Source: Candidatus Limnocylindrales bacterium (GTDB lineage Bacteria > Patescibacteriota > Microgenomatia > Levybacterales > UBA12049). Taken from it: a stretch of DNA of 64,000 nucleotides. The notes under the pieces were generated by a model that saw only the letters and a program-made list of their open reading frames with translations, was not told the DNA's origin and did not search any database. The stretch lies in contig DATLDE010000005.1 in the NCBI GenBank assembly GCA_035526025.1, positions 125,690-189,689 on the forward strand, given 5' to 3'. Positions 10,866 to 17,917 of the stretch are shown piece after piece; position 1 is the stretch's first letter; each line of letters starts with the position of its first letter. Made by a program: the position numbers and the translations under genes.

Positions 10866-10885
10866 AAATTTTATAGAGATACATT

Positions 10886-11077
10886 ATGGTTAAAAAAAAT
10901 CTGCAGCAATTACTAGAAAAAAGAATGACCCGCAAGAAATTTATTGCAACAAGCGGGATGATGGCACTTACAGTACTGGGAGTTACAGGAACCCTTAAGA
11001 AGATCACAGAGCTGCCTCAGGCAGAAAACACCACACCCAAATCAAACGGTTTTGGCTCAAGCCCCTACGGAAAATAG
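10886..11077 (+). CDS. Small protein with Tat-like signal (TRKKFI plus h-region) and C-terminal GFGSSPYG motif
   Basis: Directly downstream of tatA; MTRKKFIATSGMMALTVLGV resembles S/T-RRxFLK. Confidence 0.65.
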   Translation: MVKKNLQQLLEKRMTRKKFIATSGMMALTVLGVTGTLKKITELPQAENTTPKSNGFGSSPYGK

Positions 11078-11103
11078 TAGTAACATAACCCTATAATTTT
11101 CCA

Positions 11104-11228
11104 CTTGACTTTTTTCTAAATTCTATACAATAATGATATTAACAATGAAATTTATCAATTACTCTCTCTCTCTCTCTCTCTGAGAAACCCTCTATATTTA
11201 CTTCTCATCCTGAAAGGAGCATCTCCTA
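11104..11228 (+). promoter_or_regulatory. Conserved promoter/5' leader block, copy 3, with (CT)10
   Basis: TTGACT...TAATGATATTAACAATGAAATTTATCA shared with copy 1; GAAAGGAG SD. Confidence 0.75.
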
Positions 11229-13307
11229 ATGCCTAGACTGCCAGTACCCGGTTCTGATGACGGCACCTGGGGCGATGTACTTAATGACTTCCTCTCGCAA
11301 GAGCATAATGCAGATGGTACACAAAAGGCACTTGCTCAATCAAAAGTTACCAACCTTGTCAGTGACTTGGCAGGCAAGCAAGCGACTATTGCTCCTGGCA
11401 CTTATGCGGTGGCGGCGTCGGCCCTCGGCGGGGTCAGCGTGGAGGCGCATGGCGTCACAGCAGTTACCTCACCCGCCTTCAACACCACCGCCATCAACGC
11501 CGCCATCACTGCTGCCATCGCCGCCGGCACGAAACTTGTCACGTTCGCCCGCTCCTACCACTTCGACGGCACTCTGCTTATCGGCGCCAGTGGCATCCGG
11601 TTCCTGGGTGCCAGCCCAGACACAGCAGTGGCGCTCGGCTACACGGGCACCGGCGTGGCCATCCAGATCGGCACTGACAACGGCAATGCACACGACGCGA
11701 ATGAGTACAACGGGCCATACGGCTTCACCATGGAGAATCTCACCCTATTCACCGTCAGCCCGGCCACGGCGCTGGACAACGGGATGGGCAACTACAAAGA
11801 CGGGACCTACGGGATCAGAGACTGGCGTGGGGGGCACGTAACGCTCAAGCACGTTCGCATCACCGGATTCGACTTCCCGTTCTGGGGGATCCAGAGCGAT
11901 ATCAACTTTTGGTCGGATGTGACCTTCCAGTTCAACCACTCTGGGGTTTACCTCGGCCCTCGCTCTGACCAGCTCACCGCAGACGCCGTCCTGTTTCTCC
12001 AGAACGACCGGGCGCTGGACATCGATTCGGCTTGGCAGGCCAAACTCAGCGGCTGCGTCTTCGTCGGCAACGGCACGGCGGCGACCAACCCTGTTCGCAT
12101 CCGCTCACAGTTCAGCCGCGGCGCTTCCGATGTCACGTTCAACGACCCTTGGTTCGAGCATATAACAATCGGCCCGACCAACCTGGAGGCGTTCATTGAA
12201 GTAGGAGTCGGGGACAGCACCCGCACCAAGGGTATCTCGGTCAGGAATCCCTTGGTGCTTACCGGCACCACCGCCGAGGCTGTCCACGCCAAGCACCTCA
12301 TCAAGATCGACCAGGCTGATCACATTGAAGTGGACATCGCCACCGGCACCTTCCTGACCAGCCTCGACAACATCGTCAAGGTAGTCACCAACACCGGCAC
12401 CAGCCCGCAGGTGTCCTGCCGAATGCCCCATGACCTCACCCTCGCCGCCCCGGCGAAATACCTCAAGACGGGCAGTGTCACCCCGGCGTTCGTGCTGGTC
12501 GATTGGGGCAGTCAAGGCTGGGGACTGTCGGACGGCACCGGCCGGGAGTCCATGCGGATGAAGCCGGGGACCGCCCCCATCCTTGATATCGTGGACCCAC
12601 TGACCGGCTTCAACACCCACCGGATGACGTGGACGACCCAGGACGCCGGGCAGCTCTTCATCGACCTCAACCAAACGACCTCACAGGTTCACATCCGAGA
12701 CGGCATTGGTAGCGGGAATGACCTCTTTCGTGTCCAGCCCTCGACCGGGGCCTACATCCCGGGCGGCGTGGACCCGAACGCTCTCACGACGGGTGAGTCG
12801 ACAATCCGGCGTCGGGATATCGATACCAACGGCATCTCCCAGGGCAGCACGACCCTCCGTGTTGCCTATTTCACCGCAGGGAAAACCGAGACGATCACTC
12901 AGGTTCGGTTTATTTCGGGCGGCACGGCGGCAGGGGCGACCCCGACCATTTGCCGCATCGGCATCTGGACCGCCGACGCGGCCGGGGCACTCCTGTCCCT
13001 GGTGGCGTCCACGACCAATGACACGACCCTGTGGGCAGCCGCAGCGACCGTCTACACCAAAGCACTCACGGCGTCCTTCACCAAAGTGGTCGGCCAGCGC
13101 TACGCCGTGGGTACTCTCGTCGTCTCCGCAGCCGCCACCCCGACCACCGTGGGGACGAACGGTGTCGGCGGGCTGCCCGCTGCTGAGGCCGGTCTGTCGC
13201 CCCGAATGAGTGGGACGGTTGCAGGGCAATCCAACCTTCCCGCCAGCGTGGTCGCTGGCAGCATCTCCGACAACGCAAGCGCCGTCTACGTCGTGCTCTT
13301 GCCGTGA
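11229..13307 (+). CDS. Second chimeric tailspike/adhesin-like protein: same leader, unrelated GC-rich beta-helix body
   Basis: First ~59 aa nearly identical to 6852 ORF; SVEAHGV...FNTTAINAAI beta-helix cap; GC jump near 11406. Confidence 0.7.
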   Translation: MPRLPVPGSDDGTWGDVLNDFLSQEHNADGTQKALAQSKVTNLVSDLAGKQATIAPGTYAVAASALGGVSVEAHGVTAVTSPAFNTTAINAAITAAIAAGTKLVTFARSYHFDGTLLIGASGIRFLGASPDTAVALGYTGTGVAIQIGTDNGNAHDANEYNGPYGFTMENLTLFTVSPATALDNGMGNYKDGTYGIRDWRGGHVTLKHVRITGFDFPFWGIQSDINFWSDVTFQFNHSGVYLGPRSDQLTADAVLFLQNDRALDIDSAWQAKLSGCVFVGNGTAATNPVRIRSQFSRGASDVTFNDPWFEHITIGPTNLEAFIEVGVGDSTRTKGISVRNPLVLTGTTAEAVHAKHLIKIDQADHIEVDIATGTFLTSLDNIVKVVTNTGTSPQVSCRMPHDLTLAAPAKYLKTGSVTPAFVLVDWGSQGWGLSDGTGRESMRMKPGTAPILDIVDPLTGFNTHRMTWTTQDAGQLFIDLNQTTSQVHIRDGIGSGNDLFRVQPSTGAYIPGGVDPNALTTGESTIRRRDIDTNGISQGSTTLRVAYFTAGKTETITQVRFISGGTAAGATPTICRIGIWTADAAGALLSLVASTTNDTTLWAAAATVYTKALTASFTKVVGQRYAVGTLVVSAAATPTTVGTNGVGGLPAAEAGLSPRMSGTVAGQSNLPASVVAGSISDNASAVYVVLLP

Positions 13308-13381
13308 CCCGCCTCCGCATAATGCCGGCTGGGTGCGGTCAAATTATTGGATATTACCCTAAACCATATTTTAATTAGTCT

Positions 13382-13423
13382 ATGACACAATTACCGGTAC
13401 CCGGTTCAGATAATGGTACATAG
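13382..13423 (+). pseudogene. Empty leader copy MTQLPVPGSDNGT*
   Basis: CCGGTACCCGGTTCAGATAATGGTACA matches the leader nucleotide sequence. Confidence 0.7.
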
Positions 13424-13596
13424 AATATGTTTAAAAGACTCAAGTGTTTATTAATAAATTAAGCAGAATATAAACAAACCATGATTCTCCTCTCCCATTC
13501 ATAATGTACAAAAGTTTTCTTTTCTGATATTATCAGCTTCATCTAAAACACTGTCCTCTTTAGAGAAAATCCTGCCTAGAAATATAGATACTGTTT

Positions 13597-16320
13597 ATGC
13601 CAACAAAATACATATCATTTCTTGCAGATCTTCCGGTATATTTAATTTTCCTCTCATGCATAACATTTACTTTGCTCATCGCTTATCTTATAACGCGACA
13701 CATATTGCTAAAAAGGAAACTCAATACCCCACATGTTGTTCTTTCAATTAAACCAATCAAGCAAACACTCCAGAGTTCCTATGCTACAGAGCAGTTATTT
13801 ACCCAACTCCATTCACTCATTAAAGGAAAAACATTCTGGCAAAGATTTATGCATGACAAAACATCAATAAGCGTTGAACTAGTTGCAACCAAAGAAGAGG
13901 GAATCCGCTACCTCATTCGCACAAATAAATCTGATGTTTCAGTTATCCGAAAAGCTATCCTGTCATATTTACCAAGTGTTGAGATAGAGGAGGTAGAAGA
14001 TTACCTGCCGCAATCAATCTCAGCTGTGAACAATTTCCTTAAAACAAATAAAGAAATAAGAGTTGTGATTTTTCGCCTATCAAATCACTTCGCAATTCCA
14101 TTAACAGATCAGAAACAACTTGATGAGCATGATCCGATTGCCTATCTCACAGGAAATATGACAAAACTCGCGCGTGAGGAGCTCGTTTCTTTGCAATTAA
14201 TTATTTCTCCGATGGATAAAGCAAGTAACAGAACTAAAACAAATGAAATAAATAGCTTGCTGTCTCATTTATTTCACAGTAAGGATATTTCCAATGTTAT
14301 TAAACATAACAGATTGCTTTCAATCCTTGTTTTCCCAATCAATGCGATTAGTAAATTAATTTACTTAACTCTTGGATTATTGATTGAAATTGTTGGTTAT
14401 ATAGCTGATATTGCAATGAGTAATAGTAACAACCAACAAAGTCCTCGTGACAATTCACAGGCTAAACTTAAAAAAATCTTTACCCCAACAGTCACTCAGC
14501 AAGTGTTATTCGGTCAAGTACATAACAAGCTACAACAGCCAATGTTTGAAACAAGTATGAGGCTTCTTGTAGCTGGCAATAGCTCAGATGCTGTTAGTGA
14601 GCGTATCAGAGGATTTAGAGCAAGTCTCGCAACATTTGATAATACACAATATCAGGCAATTATTCCAAGGCGATCAATCTCAATTCTACCTAAAAAGATC
14701 AAACAATATATTTTGTTTTTCTCACTATACCAAATTGGCAATAGACTGTTGTCTTTCTCTCACAATATTTTCCTCTCAATAAATGAGCTATCAAGTATCT
14801 ATCATTTGCCTTACACCCAAACAACCAAAACTGAGGATATGGTTAAAAGTAAAAGCAAAGAGCTGCCTGCTCCCCATTCATTTAAAAAAGCAGCAACACA
14901 ATTTGATGTTATAGTTGGTACTAATACATATGGTGGTGAACAGACAAAAGTTGGTTTGCCAGTAAGCAACCGCAAAGAGCATACATACATTGTCGGTAAA
15001 ACAGGAACCGGTAAAACAACGATTATTGAGGGAATGGCTCTACAAGACATAACAAATGGCAAAGGAATAGCTGTCATTGATCCCCATGGAGATTTGATTG
15101 AGCATTTACTAACTCTAATTCCTAAAAACAGACTTAAAGATGTGGTACTTGTTAATCCAGCAGATAAAGATTATCCATTGGGACTGAATATCCTCTCCCC
15201 CGGAACGCATTTTTCTGATGTCGATGAGGAAAACGGATTCATAACAAGAAGTCTTATGGCTGTGTTCATGAAAATTACACCTGATAAACATTGGGGGCAG
15301 AGAATGGAGCATATACTCAGAAACGCAACGCTTACTGCCTTAAAGGCACCTACACCAACACCTGAAACACCATATATTTCCTTGCTTTCTATTCAGAAAC
15401 TTCTAACTGACAGTAATTACCGTAGACGAATTACTCAAACCCTAACTGATCCGGTATTAAAACAGTTCTGGGAAAAAGAATATAGCTCATATGGAAAGTT
15501 TCAGCAGGCTGATGCCGCATCTCCTTTGACAAATAAGCTGGGAGGATTTATGACTGATAAGATGTCAAGAAATATCCTGCTTCAGGAAAAAAGTACAATT
15601 AATGTTTCAGAAATAATGGACCAGGAAAAGATTCTTCTTGTGAATCTATCAAAGGGCAAACTGGGAGAGGAGAGAAGTGCATTCTTTGGCACCTTAATGC
15701 TTTCCCTTATCCAACTGGCTGTATATGCAAGGGCTGAAATACCAGAAAAAGAAAGGCGCGATTTCTTTGTTTACATCGATGAATTCCAGAACTTTGCAAG
15801 CACGCACTTTACCGATCTTTTTTCAGAAGCACGAAAGTATCATGTATATTTCATGCCATCTCACCAAAACATTGCCCAAATTGAAGATCCCAAATTATCA
15901 AAAGTTGTATTAAGTAATAGCGGGAATTTAATAGCTCTTAAGAATGGACCGGATGATGAAAGGATTCTTTTACCTTTTCTTGAGCCTGAAGTAGAAAAAG
16001 GATCAATTGTTAATCTTTCCCCTCACCACTTCTACATGAAAGTAACCAATGAATACTCAGAAGATGCATTCTCGGGTGAAACCATACCGATAACAGAGCA
16101 AGGAAGCAGTAAAACAGCAATGGCAATTGTAGAAAATTCAAGAAGTAATTACGCTACTCCAAAAGCCGTAGCTGAGAAACAATTGGAAAAGTTGTTTTTG
16201 GAAATTAAGAAAGAAGTGAAACCCAAAAAAACGGATGGAGATATACAGCAAACGAAACAAAAACCAGCTGCAAAACAAGCAAAAATTACGAAGAAAAAGA
16301 TCAAAAAACAAGAAATATAA
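13597..16320 (+). CDS. VirD4/TraD-type coupling protein with N-terminal extension
   Basis: HTYIVGKTGTGKT, AVIDPHGD, VYIDEFQNF, SEARKY. Confidence 0.85.
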   Translation: MPTKYISFLADLPVYLIFLSCITFTLLIAYLITRHILLKRKLNTPHVVLSIKPIKQTLQSSYATEQLFTQLHSLIKGKTFWQRFMHDKTSISVELVATKEEGIRYLIRTNKSDVSVIRKAILSYLPSVEIEEVEDYLPQSISAVNNFLKTNKEIRVVIFRLSNHFAIPLTDQKQLDEHDPIAYLTGNMTKLAREELVSLQLIISPMDKASNRTKTNEINSLLSHLFHSKDISNVIKHNRLLSILVFPINAISKLIYLTLGLLIEIVGYIADIAMSNSNNQQSPRDNSQAKLKKIFTPTVTQQVLFGQVHNKLQQPMFETSMRLLVAGNSSDAVSERIRGFRASLATFDNTQYQAIIPRRSISILPKKIKQYILFFSLYQIGNRLLSFSHNIFLSINELSSIYHLPYTQTTKTEDMVKSKSKELPAPHSFKKAATQFDVIVGTNTYGGEQTKVGLPVSNRKEHTYIVGKTGTGKTTIIEGMALQDITNGKGIAVIDPHGDLIEHLLTLIPKNRLKDVVLVNPADKDYPLGLNILSPGTHFSDVDEENGFITRSLMAVFMKITPDKHWGQRMEHILRNATLTALKAPTPTPETPYISLLSIQKLLTDSNYRRRITQTLTDPVLKQFWEKEYSSYGKFQQADAASPLTNKLGGFMTDKMSRNILLQEKSTINVSEIMDQEKILLVNLSKGKLGEERSAFFGTLMLSLIQLAVYARAEIPEKERRDFFVYIDEFQNFASTHFTDLFSEARKYHVYFMPSHQNIAQIEDPKLSKVVLSNSGNLIALKNGPDDERILLPFLEPEVEKGSIVNLSPHHFYMKVTNEYSEDAFSGETIPITEQGSSKTAMAIVENSRSNYATPKAVAEKQLEKLFLEIKKEVKPKKTDGDIQQTKQKPAAKQAKITKKKIKKQEI

Positions 16321-16409
16321 TTGCCCTAGGGAGCTAGGGCAAGAAATAGTATATTTTGAAGCTATTTTAAACCGTATCATGTTACCTACCCTTAAAAGAA
16401 TAAGGAGTA
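16321..16409. promoter_or_regulatory. Inverted repeats upstream of relaxase; candidate oriT or terminator
   Basis: Perfect TTGCCCTAG-GGAG-CTAGGGCAA (16321-16342) and imperfect ACCTAC...GTAGGT. Confidence 0.4.
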
Positions 16410-16463
16410 GGTTGGGTTAGGTAAAGATAAAATATATAAAATATTACTATAAAATAAATAAAC

Positions 16464-17255
16464 ATGACAATACCCTACATAACTAACAAACAACAAGAAA
16501 TAATAAATATAACCTCCCGATTCAGATTCCTAAATAGATTACAGATTCAAAAACTCCTAAACCATAAAGACTATAAAACAATAAATATGTGGTTAAAAGA
16601 TTTAGTAACAAAAGAATACCTAATAAGAATTTACGACAAAACTACATTTGGACAAAATACCAAACTAGCTATATATTACATAGGAATTAATGGTATCAGA
16701 TTTTTAAAAATACTAGATGATTATTCACCTGAGCTAGTCAGAAGACTATACAGAGACAAAGACAGATCAGAAAATTTTATAAATCAGTGTTTACTCTTAG
16801 CTGATGCATGTCTTACTCTCCGGGATCAAAGCAAAAATGGAATATCCTACAGCTTTACACTTGAGAGCAATTATATAAATCCTGACTCAGAATTCAATTT
16901 CCTTCAGGAACTTCATCCAAATCTAATTTTCACAAAACAAAAAAACAAAAGCATAAAACATTATTTAGTTGAAGCTCTTGAGCCAACACTTCCCCGTTAC
17001 TCAATTAGAAAAAGAATGAGAGACTATATAGATTTTTATTACTGTAACGAGTGGGAAAACAATATGGATAATATAGCTTTTCCAATAATCCTGGTTATTT
17101 GCTCTACCAAAGCTATTATGATTGCTACCAAGCGCTACACTAAAAAACTTCTTGTGGACAATCAACAACCTGAAGATCTATATATCAGGTTTGCAACGAT
17201 TAACGAGGTAAAAGAGCATGGGATAACCGGGGAGATTTGGGAAGAGTCTGAGTAA
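16464..17255 (+). CDS. Replication-relaxation family relaxase-like protein
   Basis: N-terminal wHTH (RFRFLNRLQIQKLL...WLKDL...YYIGINGIRFL) and PD-(D/E)xK-like C-terminus; adjacent to coupling protein. Confidence 0.7.
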   Translation: MTIPYITNKQQEIINITSRFRFLNRLQIQKLLNHKDYKTINMWLKDLVTKEYLIRIYDKTTFGQNTKLAIYYIGINGIRFLKILDDYSPELVRRLYRDKDRSENFINQCLLLADACLTLRDQSKNGISYSFTLESNYINPDSEFNFLQELHPNLIFTKQKNKSIKHYLVEALEPTLPRYSIRKRMRDYIDFYYCNEWENNMDNIAFPIILVICSTKAIMIATKRYTKKLLVDNQQPEDLYIRFATINEVKEHGITGEIWEESE

Positions 17256-17270
17256 ATTAACATTCATTAA

Positions 17271-17300
17271 ATAGTGGGGCACTTTTCAGCACCCCACTAT
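17271..17300. terminator. Hairpin between convergent genes
   Basis: ATAGTGGGG...CCCCACTAT. Confidence 0.6.
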
Positions 17301-17310
17301 CGTAACAACC

Positions 17311-17640
17311 CTAAACCTGTGCTTGATGCTGGCTCTTTATCTCTGAAAGCCTGCAAAGCTTAAAATATAAATCACGTTCTATTGGTAAACTTAAAATTCC
17401 ATTTACACCGCTTTTAGCACTCTTCAACTGGCTAAGGGTAAAGTATCCAAGTTCTGAGTCGTGGCCTACAACATAACCAAAGAAAAGAAAATCATCATCC
17501 GCTTCCTCTCCTTCAGTTGCATACCATGTCCATGATCCTGTTGGGTCAAAAAACTTGATATACACCATTGGATCTCTCTCTTTCTCTTGAGCATAAAGAG
17601 CCGGAAGCTTCTCTTTAAGTTCTACTGTTAATAATTCCAT
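17311..17640 (-). CDS. DUF2958-family protein
   Basis: VYIKFFDPTGSWTWYATE...FFGYV..ELGYFTLSQL...IERDLYF; start set at ATG after AGGAGGTG. Confidence 0.8.
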   Translation of the reverse strand: MELLTVELKEKLPALYAQEKERDPMVYIKFFDPTGSWTWYATEGEEADDDFLFFGYVVGHDSELGYFTLSQLKSAKSGVNGILSLPIERDLYFKLCRLSEIKSQHQAQV

Positions 17641-17670
17641 ATTCTCACCTCCTTTCTCATAATTGTTTTT

Positions 17671-17787
17671 GTCGGGCATGCCCATGCCCGGCTACCTGAC
17701 TGAAAGTCCAAGCGGGAAGTGAATTTGCAAGGGCGAGACAACGATCTCGTGTATTTACCCTTGCAAAGAGAAACCGAAGGGGTTTCT
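17671..17787 (-). promoter_or_regulatory. Nested hairpins resembling an Frpo/ssi-type single-stranded DNA promoter
   Basis: TTTGCAAGGG...CCCTTGCAAA enclosing CGAGA..TCTCG; flanked by CGGGCATG/CATGCCCG and AGAAACC/GGTTTCT. Confidence 0.5.
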
Positions 17788-17917
17788 GGAAAAGGGAAAG
17801 ATTAAACTATATTATTCAGAAGAAAATACGGGTGAATAGCATCTAAACATACTGTACCTAAATATTTAATGTGAAAATTATTAAGGAGAATATGTGCCTA
17901 TATTTTTGTGTTCAATT

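Noticed and set aside
6852-13307. Prophage
   Set aside because: Only tail-like bodies are present; no capsid, terminase, portal or integrase genes
6808-13320. Many overlapping alternative-frame ORFs in the GC-rich genes
   Set aside because: Expected shadow ORFs from stop-codon scarcity in high-GC DNA; Arg/Pro-rich and without motifs
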